Below, one piece after another: positions 1 to 20,068 of a stretch of DNA of 64,000 nucleotides. The stretch is from assembly GCF_009914755.1 (NCBI RefSeq), contig NC_060928.1, one strand, 5' to 3'. Source of the stretch: the human T2T-CHM13v2.0 reference genome, Homo sapiens. Under the pieces are notes generated by a model. The model made no database searches. It had not been told where the DNA came from and saw only the letters and a list, made by a program, of their open reading frames with translations. Position numbers and translations under genes: made by a program. The stretch's first letter is position 1, and the number at the start of each line of letters is the position of its first letter.

Positions 1-61
1 AGGGTGACAATGACTCTGTCAATCACCTTTCTTTCAGTGCCTAGTTTGTGTCAAGCAGTAA

Positions 62-427
<366 letters not shown>

Positions 428-542
428 TGAGTCAGCTCAAGGAGACCATTCTATAAGATCATTGTAATAAATCAGAAATCTGATGACCATTAACTCAGAT
501 TTCCACCCCCATTCCCTACTCAACAGGCAAAATGTAAATTGG

Positions 543-626
543 GCTACTCTGCCTGTGGGATGGCCCTGCTCTGTCCATGGAGCAGCCAAAAAAAAAAATA
601 TGTCTATATACGTCTAAACATTTTTA
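543..626 (+). mobile_element. Short polyA-tailed retroposed insert with 14-bp TSD (ERV1-LTR-like body)
   Basis: AAAATGTAAATTGG at 529-542 and 627-640; A-run 588-598. Confidence 0.6.
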
Positions 627-981
627 AAAATGTAAATTGGTCTCAATCGCATCAGATCATACAGAGCCCTTGAATGCAAATAAAAGATAATTCTTGTTAG
701 TGTGGCATCTGTGTCTTTTCAGAATCTGGAGGGCTTACAAGTTCAATGACCACAGGGCACTAACCCTGAGGCCTAAGGCAGCCAGGGGAGATTCAAATCT
801 GGAGCAAAACAATGCATGGGCTTAGTGTTCTTTACTGAGGAGGACTTTACTCTTTATCATTTAAATTATAACAGCTTTAATCTATCCCTTAACAAAAGGT
901 CTGCTTCAGGAAAGTATACACACAAACATGTATATGTGAGCATACAGACACACACACAGAGACAAGAACAAGATGGGAGGG

Positions 982-1289
982 GTTTGTTTTTGTTTTTGTT
1001 TTGTTTTTGAGATAGAGTCTCACTCTGTCACCTAGGGTGGAATGCAGTGATGCCATCTCAGCTCACTACAACATCCGCCCCCTGGGTTCAAGCGATTCTC
1101 CTGCCTCAGCCTCCCGAGTAGCTGGGACTACAGGCCCGCACCACCATGCCCAGTTAATTTTTGTATTTTTAGTAGAGACAGGGTTTCACCATGTTGGCCA
1201 GGCTGGTCTTGAACTCCTGACTTCAGGTGATCCGCCCGCCTCAGCCTCCCAAAGTGCTGGGATTACAGGGGTGAACCACCGCACCCAGC
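982..1289 (-). mobile_element. AluS
   Basis: Antisense dimer with (TTTTG)n tail. Confidence 0.95.
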
Positions 1290-1609
1290 ATCTCAAATGT
1301 ATTTTGAATTAGACTTAATAAATATATCTATATATGTTGGCCTAATCTTTGGTGGCTAAGAGTAACTGACAGTTCCAAGAGATGCAAAAAACTGCAAAAT
1401 AAAAGGTGATTCAAAATAACTTCATGTAAGAAATATTTTGAACATTAAAAAATGATGAGCAATTTATTTTTGTCAATAGGAAAACAATTTCTCTTCACTC
1501 CCACTAACAGTAAATAAATATTTAAGGAATATTGGTTTGAAATAAAGACACTAAATTAATAATACCTGGGATGCTCTCATGTACTAGCTCGGCCCTAGAG
1601 ATAACTATG

Positions 1610-1730
1610 TTTACTGCCATTTTACAGATGAGAAAACTGAGGCTCGAAGAAGTTAAGTGCCATATTTCTTGGGTAATCAGTGGTAGAAATTGAAACTTGG
1701 GACGAATCTACTCAAGAATTCCATTCTGAC
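1610..1730 (-). mobile_element. MIR
   Basis: Core cattttacagatgagaaaactgaggc. Confidence 0.75.
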
Positions 1731-1856
1731 TCCCTGTTGGGTAGACTTGACTCTGACTCATCTTTCTCTGATTTTTGTGGTTGAAATTCTGATTGAAAAG
1801 AGAATGTTAGAACATCCATTTAAAAACCTGAACTTGTACTTGAAGGAAACAGCTAG

Positions 1857-2077
<221 letters not shown>

Positions 2078-2166
2078 AGGAGGTTTTACCAAATTCATTT
2101 TAAAGATTATACTTCAATTGATGAAAAACAATTAAATTGCTTTCATTTATTTAAAAACTTACATAG

Positions 2167-2418
2167 TACTCAGTTCTGCCATTGTAGTGTGAAAGCAGCT
2201 ACAGAAAATACATAAACAAATTAGCCTGTCTGTGTTCCAATAAGAACCTTATTTATGGATTCTGAAATTTGAATTTTATATAGCTTTGCATGCCACAGAA
2301 TATTAGTCTTCTCTTGATTTTTTTTCAATTTGTAGATATAAAAACTATCTTTAGCCCACTGGCCATATAAAAACAGGTGGTAGGCTGGATTTGATGTTCA
2401 GTTCTTAGTTTGCCACCG
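2167..2418 (+). mobile_element. MER58B (hAT-Charlie) fragment
   Basis: ctgtgttccaataag...ttatttatggattctgaaatttgaattt...aaaaacaggtggtaggctggatttg. Confidence 0.75.
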
Positions 2419-2551
2419 CTAATTGTAGAGCATGAAATCAAAACCTGGAGAAATGTAGGAGCTTGCCTAAGAATATGGAAGAATAGGACTATGCTCCATT
2501 TTTTTTCTGCTTGCTAAGCTTAATGGGTTGTATTCTATTATAAAGAAATAA

Positions 2552-2843
2552 GTCTGGGAGCGGTGGCTCACGTCTGTGACTTTGGGAGGCCAAGGTGGGT
2601 GGATCACTTGAGGTCAGGAGTTTGAGACCAGCCTGGCCAACATGGTGAAACCCCATCTCTACTAACAATACAAAAATTTTCCAGGCGTGGTGGCACACGC
2701 CTGTAATCTCAGCTACTCCAGAGGCTGAGGCAGGAGAATTGCTTGAACCCGGGAGGCAGAGGTTGCAGTGAGCCACTGCACTCCAGCCTGGGTGACAGAG
2801 CAAGACTCCATCTCAAAAAAAAAAAAAAAAACAAAAAAAAAAA
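2552..2843 (+). mobile_element. AluS
   Basis: Sense dimer with A tail. Confidence 0.95.
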
Positions 2844-2858
2844 CCAGAAATTAAAATT

Positions 2859-2992
2859 GGCCAGGTGCAGTGGCTCATACCTGTAATCCCAGCACTTTGG
2901 GAAGTTGAGGCAGGAGGACTGCTTAAGTCCAGGAGTTCGAGACCAACCTGGGCAACATAGTGAGACCCTGTCTCTACTAAAACAAGAAAAAA
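2859..2992 (+). mobile_element. FLAM / left Alu monomer
   Basis: Single arm ending in A-rich tract. Confidence 0.85.
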
Positions 2993-3272
2993 GGAAATGG
3001 AAATCATGAAAGCCATAAGAAGTTAATTTAATTATCTGTGGGGAAGGGACATCTTAAGGTCATGAGCCCAGGCTATGAATCCTTAATGAAAGCAAAGTCA
3101 AAAGGCCTGCCATCATTCCCCCATATGCCTTATCTGTAACATAATGGCAAAAATACAATACACTGTTTCTTTTAGGAATGTTTCCTTTCCTCTGCCACAA
3201 AATGTTATACTATTGTTAACTAAAAACTCTGCAAATATTAAACTAAAGTGGAAGAGGAGAGGAGAGCAATAG

Positions 3273-3600
<328 letters not shown>

Positions 3601-5063
3601 GTTGAATTTAAATTACAATATTTGTTGTCCCAATCTGGAGTTAGAGGACTTAGAAAGATTTGCTTAAACCTTCTCCATGAATGTATAATTTATGTACCAT
3701 TTATATATAATCAATATGCTATTCCTTTGAAGATTTGCTAATTGGCTCCTGTCTTACATCATTCAATATTTATTGAGGTTTCACCATGTACCAGCCACTA
3801 TTCCAAGCCCTGAGTATATTGTAGTAAACAAATTCTCTTACACGTCTTTTCAAAGGGATGAACAATATAAAGTTCTCCGCATTCGCAAACTTCAGCTACA
3901 TTCTACTACCATCATATTCCTTATATGACAATCAACAAAATGAACATTCAGAAAACTAGTAACAGTTAATTGATTATTAAAAAGTGCTTTAACATAAAGA
4001 ACAATGCTGTCAGGCAAATGCAAATCGATAAACATTCACTTACTATTTGCAAGGCAAACTATCACTGGCATAAACTGTAAAAAAGTTCACAATAATATGT
4101 ATGATGAACTTTCCAGTAAACTTAAAGCACGTCACACATGTTTTTTTCTCTCATTCACCTCTTTCACTTCTTCCCACAATTTCTACGTCAAACAGGTAAA
4201 AAAAAAAAAAAATCAGATCAGGGCAAGATACAGAAACTCGAATAAGAACATAACTGGTATAAGCAGAGGGAGTATCACAGCTAGAACCCAGGGCTTCCAT
4301 TTTTAAGAATCTTCCTTTACCCATTATCTCCTATACTAACAATTTAAATAAACCATTAATCAAAAGGCAGCTCCAACTTGTAAGCAAACTCTGTGTTTGT
4401 CACACACAATATTTCTGTTCAACAGAAATATTGAGCAAAAACAAGGACACTTTTTTTTTCCTTTTCACTTTTATTCTACAAACATACAAAACTAGAAATA
4501 CCAGATGGACCTGGAGGTAATTAATGCATGGCAAGCTGAACTTTTTACCTGCAAGATCACTTTATATGTGCCACAAACAGCTAAAATTGAAATGTGATGA
4601 TTTCATTGAGCCCCTGGGTTAGACGGCTGACTTTTCCTTGAATAAATTATCAGTTTGTCTTTCCGTTGCCCCAATCCCCACCTCCTGGCCCAACCACTGA
4701 AATGACATTGCTGGTAAACTCATGCCTTCACCTGTATATTTTTCTTCCACTTCTCACTTATGGTTTGGAGTGGCCCCTATTTTGACCCTTTCCTCAGAGC
4801 ATCTAGTGGCAAATTAAGGGATGAATGTGGTAGGTGGCAGTGGTGATGGGGGGAGACCCCATTCAGCATATTCTGGCTGGTCTCATAACCCCAACTTTTG
4901 GTTCAAGGGTGAAAACGGAAATCCACCTGACTCAGGACTGGCTAAGGGCCAAGCTTATCATTCTAATCTAGTTTGGGCAGATTCTGAGAAGCTGCATTTT
5001 CATGTAAGTTTGCAAGTTAACTTTACATCGACAGGAGAAATTCTTCTGTTAAGATCAGCTTCT

Positions 5064-5350
5064 GGGCTGGGTGCAGTGGCTCAGGCCTGTAATCCCAGCA
5101 CTTTGGTAGGCCGAGGCCGGCAGATCACTTGAGGTCAGAAGTTCAAGACCAGCCTTGCCAACATGGCAAAACTCTGTCTCTACAAAAAATACAAAAAATC
5201 AGCCAGGCGTGGTGGTACACGCCTGTAGTCCCAGCTACTTGGGAGGCTGAGGCACGAGAATCGCTTGAACCTGGGAAGCCAAGGTTCCTGTTCCTCCGCT
5301 GAGAAACAGGAACACAGACCCTGTTCCTCCGCTGAGAAAAAGAAAAAAAA
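5064..5350 (+). mobile_element. Alu with rearranged 3' end
   Basis: Alu homology lost after 5286 (see findings). Confidence 0.9.
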
Positions 5351-5527
5351 TCGACTTTTGGACTGGAGCTAACCAGGACCTGCTGTTCTGGTGGATACTG
5401 AAACTGGCATAGTTCCCTTCAAGCACAGGGAATAAAGGGAGGGGGGCAAAGTCAGTGACCATACATAGGCAGCCCCCTGCCCAGAGCACATGTCAAGTCC
5501 TACTACACCTAGGCCTATTATACCTAG

Positions 5528-6552
<1,025 letters not shown>

Positions 6553-6634
6553 CTAACAATCCCTGAGAGGTTTAAAAACAAACAAAAAACCCCGTTGATT
6601 GATAAACAGAGTAAAAGACCCTGCCACCACTTGA

Positions 6635-7001
<367 letters not shown>

Positions 7002-7612
7002 ACAAATCCCAGTCTTATTACCCAGTGAAGGATTAGTCCTGCCCAGTCTGTCCCCCAGCTGCTTGTTGCTGCAGGTTTGCAGGATATGCTGGTGGTTCTG
7101 AGCACAGGAAGCAGCCTCAGAGTAGATGCCTTTCCAAAAGCGACATGACACAAAAAGACAATTATTTAGATAATTTACTGCAAAATCTTCTAGAAAATTT
7201 AGGGGACATAAATCATTTATTTTACTGATTTACGCCAATGATTTTACTGATTACACCAATGATTCTGCTTTTGCCTCCTTAAATGTGGAAAAATTGCCTC
7301 AGTAAAGAGCCCTTTGTGCCCCAGCTCAATACTATTTTATAAACCTGCAATTAGAGGTCAATAAATGGTGTTCTAGAAAAGCCTAGTCTGGGGATGATTA
7401 AGATTGGGCCAAACTAAAAGTCCTGAGGATGACAACATTGGGGTCATCTTCACCTCGTTTCTAAAAATGTACCCTATTAGCAGAAATGAAACGAGTGGTA
7501 AAGACAACTGTTGTTATTGACAGAAACAATGGCAGCATTATCAACAATAATAATACCAGTTAAGTTATAGTTAACTATCCTCAAACCATGAAAATATTAC
7601 CACAAATGTTAG

Positions 7613-7912
<300 letters not shown>

Positions 7913-8400
7913 AGCAAAGAGAGACTTTCAAGCCTGAACTTAGGCAGTGATTCTTTTGTCAAAATAAGTTCAAGAACTTCAATTAATGGATGAGGAAAAA
8001 TAATTTCATTTGCATTCCTATTTAAAAAGAGACACTAAAACATATGGTCAAAAGAAATGAGAAATTCCTGTACATGGTAAGATGAAAGTATAATGTGTAA
8101 CTACTTTTACAGATGATTGGTGTATTTAGTGCTGCCAGCAGAGTAACCTTTATACGTGAGCATGTGTATATAATGCTGCAAAGAATGTGTAAATAATTCT
8201 AGTAGTCTATGTCTAAGGATATAACTGCTTAGGTAGATAAAGAGAGTACTATGCTTTATTCTAAAGCAAAATGCAAATTCAAAGTTAGCTCATATCAAAA
8301 AATCCTTTTATAATAATTACCACCATGTGAACAAAGCTTTATTTTTTAAAGATACTGATCTAAACTCAGGTCTTGTTCTTTGAAAATTATATCTTTGTTA

Positions 8401-8745
<345 letters not shown>

Positions 8746-9354
8746 TTAATTTGAAAAGTTAAAAAAACTGTAAAAAGTTGTGCTTGATATAAATCTTGAC
8801 ATTTAAACTGGAGCAATCTGAATTCTAGCTACAGCTGTCTAAAATCATAAGCAAGTAACTTATCAGATATATACAAGAATACTGATAAACCAAACCATTG
8901 ATAAATTGCTTATTTCATAAGTAAATTTGGCAGGTAAGTGCAAAACTGTTCATTTTGTTTAAAATAGTGAAAAAATAAATTTACAAGTTGTATTTACTTT
9001 TTTGGCATGACTGTCTAACCTCTGTTGCTTTCAATCACTTGAGAAACCAATGACTTTCTCTGAAAAAAAGATAGCAGATATAAAATTTGGTTTGAAAAGC
9101 ACACTCATAAATAATATGACATATAAATTGAAAATTTATTTTTCTGTGCCCTTTACTTCCAAAATGGTAACATTTCACAATTATGAACTCTTTGAGGAAT
9201 GCAGTATTTTCTGGTTCAAACATAAGTAAATAAAACACAATGTAGTAAATGAGTTCAAGGTTGCAGAATACAAGATCAATATGAAAAAATCTATTGTATT
9301 TCTGTATACTAGCAATGTATAATCTAAAATGAAATTAGGAAATTATTTCATTTA

Positions 9355-9657
<303 letters not shown>

Positions 9658-10387
9658 CAGAAATTATTCCATTTATAACAGCATCAAAAATAATAAAACA
9701 GGAATACATTCAACAAAAGAAGGGCAAAACTTATACTCTGAAAACCACAAAACAATGTTGAAAAAAGTTAAAGATCTAAATAATGGTAAAGAAACCCCAT
9801 GTTCATGACTGGAAGACTTAATATTGTTAAGATGGTAATACTCCTCAAACTGATTTACAGATTCAACACCAACCTATAAAAATATCATCTATTTCTTTGT
9901 AGAAATGGGCAAGTTGATCTTAAAATTCATGTGTAAACTTGAGGGACCTAGAATAGCTAAAACGATCCTGAAAAAGAAGAAAAAAGTTGAAGGACTCAGA
10001 TTTCCCAATTTTGAAACTTACTACAAAAGCAGCAATATTCAAGATAGTGTGGGTACTGGCCCAAGACAGACGTAGAGATCAGTCGAATAGAATTTAGATT
10101 CCAGAAATAAACCCATATATCTGGTCAACTGATGTTTGACAACAGTGTCAAGATCATCCAAAGGGAAAGGATAGACTTTTTAGACAAATAGTGCTGGGTC
10201 GCCAGGGTATCCACTTGCAAAAGAATGAAGTTGAACCTCTGCCCTGAACTTCATATGATAATTAAAGCAAAATGTATCAAAGACCTAAATGTAAATGCCA
10301 AAACTATGAAACTCTTAGAAGAAAATACAACAGTAAATATTTAAGACTTTGAATTAGATAGGTGATGATTTCATAGATATACCCAAA

Positions 10388-10491
10388 GCACTCTGGGAGG
10401 CTGAGATAGGAGAAATGCTTGAGTCCAGGAGTTTGAGACCAGCCTGGGCAACATGGTGAGATCCCATCTCTACCAAAAAAAAAAAAAAAAA
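10388..10491 (+). mobile_element. Alu monomer fragment in L1
   Basis: Partial left arm plus A tail. Confidence 0.85.
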
Positions 10492-10750
10492 GATACTCCA
10501 AAAGCACAAGAAACAAAAGAAAAAAATAGATAAACGGGACTTCATCAAAATAAAACCTTTTGTGATGCAAAGGACACTCACTATCGAGAGTGAAAAGGCA
10601 CACAGACTGAGAGAAAACATTTGCAAATCATATACCCAATAAGGAACCTGCATCTAGAATTTGTAAAAACAAACAAACAAAAACCCCACAACTCTTACAA
10701 CCCAACAATAAAAAGAAGACAAATAATTCAATTTAAAAATAGGCAAAAGA

Positions 10751-10888
10751 GGGCGGACGTGACGGCTCACACCTGTAATCCCAGCACTTTGGGAGACTAA
10801 TGTCGGAGGATAGCTTGAACTCAGGAGTTCAAGACCAGCTTAAGCAATATAGTGAGATCTTGTCTCTTAAAAAAAAAAAAGAAAAAAA
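10751..10888 (+). mobile_element. FLAM in L1
   Basis: Left monomer plus A tail. Confidence 0.85.
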
Positions 10889-11394
10889 GGGCAAACGAGG
10901 TAAATAGATGCATCTGCAAAGATGATATACAAATGGTCAATAAGCACATGAAAAGATGCTCAACATCATTAGTCATGAGAAGTGCAAATCAAAACCATGA
11001 GATACCATTTCACACCCACTGGGCTGGCTAGAATATGTTTTTTAAAAAGGAAAATAACAAGTGTTGAGGAGGATGTAGAAAAATCGGAACCCCCATACTT
11101 TACTGGTGGGAATGTAAGATGGGGCAGCCAATGTGGAAAACTGGCACAATGTGGAAAATCTGGCAGTTCCTCAAAAAGTTAAAAGTGAGAATTCACATTT
11201 GACCCAGCAATTCATTCACTTTTAGGTATATGCCCCCAGAGAAATGAAAACATATGTCCACACACAAACTTACATGTGAAAGTTCACAGCAGCATTATTC
11301 GTAATAGCCAGAAAGGAGAAACAACCCAAATGTTCCATCAACTAATGAATGGACAAACAAAATGTGGTGTATCCATACAATGCAATATTATTCA

Positions 11395-11811
<417 letters not shown>

Positions 11812-12169
11812 TTATATGATCCTTTGATATGAAATGTCCAGAATAGGCAAATCTACAGAAACAGAAAGTAGATTAGAAGTTGCTTAGGGCTAGGGGAGAT
11901 GGTGAAACTGAGGGAGTGATGGCTAAAAAGTACAGGGTTTTAGTGGGGGGTGGTGATGAAAATATTCTAAAATGGATTGTGGTAAAAGTTGTGCAACTGT
12001 GAATATACTAAGAGCCACGAATTGTACACTTTAAATGGATGAATTGTATGGTGGGTGAATTATACCTCAAGAAAACTGTTGGAAAAATATAACATGATTC
12101 AAATGACTCATTATCTTGAAATCAGACAGATTATTAGGTCCCTGTGAAAAAGATCCAAGGTACATTTAT

Positions 12170-12420
12170 CCATTCATCCATCCATTCATTCATTCATTCA
12201 TGAAAAGGCACAGGATAGGAAACAGGAGGAGGAGCAGGTTTGTGGGGAAATCAGTTCGGAAGATGCTAAGTTTGACAAACCAGAGGAACGCAATCCAGTA
12301 AGAGTAGCCCAGCAGGCAGCGGAGACTTCAATTATCACATCAGGATGGAGAAGCACGTACTAAAATTATAGATCTGGGGGTCATTTGCATAAACTGATAG
12401 TAGTCAAAATTAGAAGTAAG
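12170..12420 (-). mobile_element. L2 fragment
   Basis: (CATT)n tail and gaggagcaggtttgtgggg motif. Confidence 0.55.
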
Positions 12421-12439
12421 TAGAAAATGTGTAAGGCAG

Positions 12440-14061
<1,622 letters not shown>

Positions 14062-14752
14062 TTGTTGTTGTTGTTGAGGCATTCTTAATTTAGGATGCAT
14101 GAACTCCCCTAGTACGAATGGATGGGATTCAAGCAGTCATGAAGACACTGATACTGTGTACTAAATTATATGTGTACATACTTATTTTCTCAGAGAGTCT
14201 CTAGATCTAATCAGATTCATTTTCCACAGTGAAAAATTATCTTTTTTTCTGATTGTGTAAATGATGTTCATAGAAAAAGCCAAAGTCCATGTTTCCAAGT
14301 CCATTGTTTGTCTATTATTTTGTTTATATTTTCTGCATACAAAGGCTGTCATTTGTATATAGTCAAGTATGTCTGCATTTTTTATTAGAGTTTCAGAGTT
14401 TTTTAGCCAATCTAAAATCTAAAGGATAAGATGAGGAATATCCTCTCAGCTTTTAGATTGAACATATAATAACCTGGATTTCTTTGTGTGATAACTTCAC
14501 TGTGTTGTTTTTACATTTAAGTTTTTAATCTTCCTGGAATTTATTTTGTTTTGGTATAAAGTGAAGCTCCTGTTTCATTTTCTCCTATATAGATGACAGA
14601 TATTTTAATTTCTTTGTTTGAAAAAAACTATAAGGCAATGTAAATAATATTTAGTGATGGTAGGTATCTCATTTTTTAATGAAAATGGTATTTGTGTTTT
14701 GCCATTGCATATTTGTTTGCTGAGTTTTGCCATTCTGAAGCACATTTAAGTA

Positions 14753-15414
<662 letters not shown>

Positions 15415-15694
15415 TAGTTTTCCTTATATTCTTATTCCTGATCAGGAATGGCCACTGAATTCTATCAAATAACTTTTTAGCATTTATTTATATGCTTATA
15501 TTTTTCTTTTTGATTATTGATGCAATAGATTAAGTAATAGGTTATTTGATAATAAACCATTATTGTATTTCTGAAATAAATCCTGTTTGTTCATAGCATA
15601 TTATGCTTTTGCTACATAGTTAGACCTTGCTAATATTTTATTTTGAATTTTTACATCTATACTCATAAGTGAGATCTTTATAGTTTTATGTTGT

Positions 15695-16020
15695 TGTCTT
15701 AGTTTGGTGCTGCTATAACAATATATTGGAGACTGGGTAATTTACAAAGAACAGAAATTTATTTCTCACAGTTCTGGAAGTTAGGAAGTCTAAAATCAAG
15801 GCACTGGTAGGCTCAGGTGTCTGATGAAGCTGCATCCTGGGAGGGAGCTGTGTCCTCACATGGCAGAGGAGTTCAGGAGCAATCTAGCTAAATGCTGAGT
15901 GAAGTCCTTTGCATAAGGACCTTAGTCCTATTAATGAGGGAGGAGCCCGCATGACCTAGTCATTAATACTATCATGTTGGCAACACCTTAATTTTGGAGG
16001 GGACACATCAAACTGTGGCA
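15695..16020 (-). mobile_element. MaLR solo LTR (MLT1A/MST-like)
   Basis: gctgctataaca...aatttatttctcacagttctgga...ggggacacatcaaactgtggca. Confidence 0.8.
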
Positions 16021-16671
16021 GGTCTTATATTTTTCCGGTTTTGGTATTCAAGTTTACTGTTTTACAAAATGAATTAGAAGAGTTTCTTCTGGAATGGTAA
16101 ATATTGTAATTATCTCTTCTTTTAAAGTCAGATAGACTCAGCTGGAAAGCCATATGGTTTTGGTGGCCTTTTTTGATAGATTTCCAATCACCTTCTCAGT
16201 CTCTTCTATAGTAATTGGCCTATTCACATTTTTTTCTTCTTTTGGGGGTCAGTTTTACTCACTTTTTTTTTTTTAACCCAGGAACTCATTCATTTCCTCT
16301 GTTTTCAAACTGCTGCCATAGAACTGCATGAAGTGACCTCTAACAACTCCTTTCATCTTTCCTATGTCTGTGAATATGACTTCTTTCTCTTTCCTCATTT
16401 TGCCTCTTGCTACTCCTGTCAGTGAGCATAAGGTGGGAGGAGGGGAGGGGTACCTATTTCACTGATGTTTTCAAAAAACAGATTTTAGATTTATTTGTCC
16501 TATCATTTTGGTTTTTAAAATTTAATTGGTTTCCACTTTCGCCATTATTAATTACCTCTTCCTTGTTTGTTTGGTTATTTTTTCTTTTTCTCACTTCTAA
16601 TCTCTTAAAATGGATTGCTCATTCTTTTAATTTTTTTAATTCTCTAATGATGGTTAAGTCTATGATAAACT

Positions 16672-16984
16672 TTTTAATTTTTTATTTGTTTATTTATTTT
16701 TGAGACAGGGTCTCACTCTGTCTCCCAGGCTGGAGTACAGTGGCATGATCACAGCTCACTGCAGCCTGGACCTCCCACGGTCCAAGTGATCCTTCTGCCT
16801 CAGCCTCCTGAATCGCTGTGATTACAGGTGCCTGCCACCATGCCAGTCTAATTTTTGTATTTTTAGTAGAGAAGGAGTTTCGCCATGTTGGCCAGGCTGG
16901 TCTCGAACTCTTGACCTCAGGTAATCTGCCTGCCTTGTCCTCCCAAAGTGCTGGGATTAGCGACTTGAGCCACCACACCTGGCC
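16672..16984 (-). mobile_element. Alu
   Basis: Antisense dimer. Confidence 0.93.
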
Positions 16985-17030
16985 CATGATAAATTTTTCT
17001 TCTTCTTATTTTTGTAAATAAAATTTAAGT

Positions 17031-17340
<310 letters not shown>

Positions 17341-17370
17341 ATATAATTTAAACGTTGTAAATTTATTTAA

Positions 17371-18445
<1,075 letters not shown>

Positions 18446-18824
18446 TATATATCTCTAGCATTATTTGTAAATCAGTCAATCCCTGAGACGCAGTGTTTTC
18501 CCCACCACAATGTTCTAATCCAGCTCTACCGCACCCCAACTCTCCTCTACCTCACAGTTAAGATTTTTATATAACATTTGTCCTCATTCTCCTTTTCTAC
18601 TGTTCTCCTCTTGTTCATGAAACATCTGGAACACCTCCTCTTCCCTCCTCTAAAGACTTCAATAACCAGAGGACCTATTGCCTCTTGGTTTCATTTTAAA
18701 AATCTCCTATATAAAGCAACCAATAAGTCCAAACTTACCTATTTCATGGTTTGGTTGGAGCCTAAAGTGAGGAAATGTCTGTGCAAGCACCTTGTGATCT
18801 GTAAAAAAGGTATACACACATTAG

Positions 18825-19149
18825 GGCCAGGCGCGGTGGCTCACACCTGTAATCCCAGCACTTTGGGAGGCCGAAGCAGGTGGATCACCTGAGGTCAGGA
18901 GTCCGAGACCAGCCTGATCAACATGGAGAAACCCCATCTCTACTAAAAATACAAAATTAGCTGGGCATGGTGGTGTGTGCCTGTAATCCCAGCTACTTGG
19001 GACGCTGAAACAGGAGAATCGCTTGAACCTGGGAGGCGGAGGTTGCGGTGAGTCAAATTCTCCTAGAAGAGAGAGATATATACATGCTAGAGATATATAC
19101 AAATCACGCCATTACACTCCACCCTGGGCAACAAAGTGAAACTCCATCT

Positions 19150-19181
<32 letters not shown>
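18825..19181 (+). mobile_element. AluS with internal ~45-nt insertion
   Basis: TSD aaggtatacacacattag; insert near 19056-19102. Confidence 0.93.
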
Positions 19182-19183
<2 letters not shown>

Positions 19184-19564
19184 TATACACACATTAGGAA
19201 GAGAGGGTTTGTAGAGAGGACATGGTGTGCTGAATATGAAGTTTAACCTTTAAAGAATTTCTAGTAGGCATTACACTATGAAAAAACAAAGGAAATTGGC
19301 CCATGACTGTGTTTATTACAATGCTGATAATCACATTGTTTGCTGAATGTTACTATAGTACTATATAACAAAATCTAAGCACTTTGCAAAGTCCTCTATA
19401 ATTTCAGCCTATTTCTTACCAAATTCTCTTAAGAAGCCCAGGATCAAGTGAACAGCCTTATTTACAGCAATCAACCACAACATTTCAAACTTAAATCATT
19501 GCATTTTAGAGCTTAAAAAAGGGTTCTAAAGAACTTTAATAACATGGACATTGTCATGATTATT

Positions 19565-19850
19565 ATAATAACTATTATTTGTTGAGTGCTGATTGTGTCC
19601 TAAGAATGATGCTAAGGGTTTCACATATATTATCTCACTAAAGCCTTAAAATAACACTAATTGTCACTTGCTTAAAGTCATCCAGCTAATACCTGAAATA
19701 GGTTTAAAACCCTAGTCTGCTTGACTCTCAAGACTGGAATCTTGTCCTCCCTCCCCATTTTTGCCGATGAGAAAATAGACAAGCCTAGAAAGATTATATG
19801 AGTTGTCCAACATCATACAGCTATTAAGTAGCAGAACCAGAACTAAAATC
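19565..19850 (-). mobile_element. MIR fragments
   Basis: tatttgttgagtgct...; ccatttttgccgatgagaaaa...gagttgtccaacatcatacagct. Confidence 0.55.
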
Positions 19851-19852
19851 TA

Positions 19853-20068
19853 GGCCAGGCACAGAGGCTCATACCTGTAATCCCAGCACTATGGGAGGCT
19901 ACAGTGCAAGGATTGCTTGAGTCTAGCAGTTTGAGACCACCATGGGCAACACAGTGAGACCCCCTCTCTACAAAAAATTAAAAAAATTAGCTAGGCATGG
20001 TGGCATGTGCCTGTAGTACCATAAAGTAAAAAAAAAAAAGAAAAAGAAAAGAAAAGAAAAAAAAAAAG
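19853..20068 (+). mobile_element. AluJ, right arm mostly deleted
   Basis: Left arm, linker, short right arm, A tail. Confidence 0.85.
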
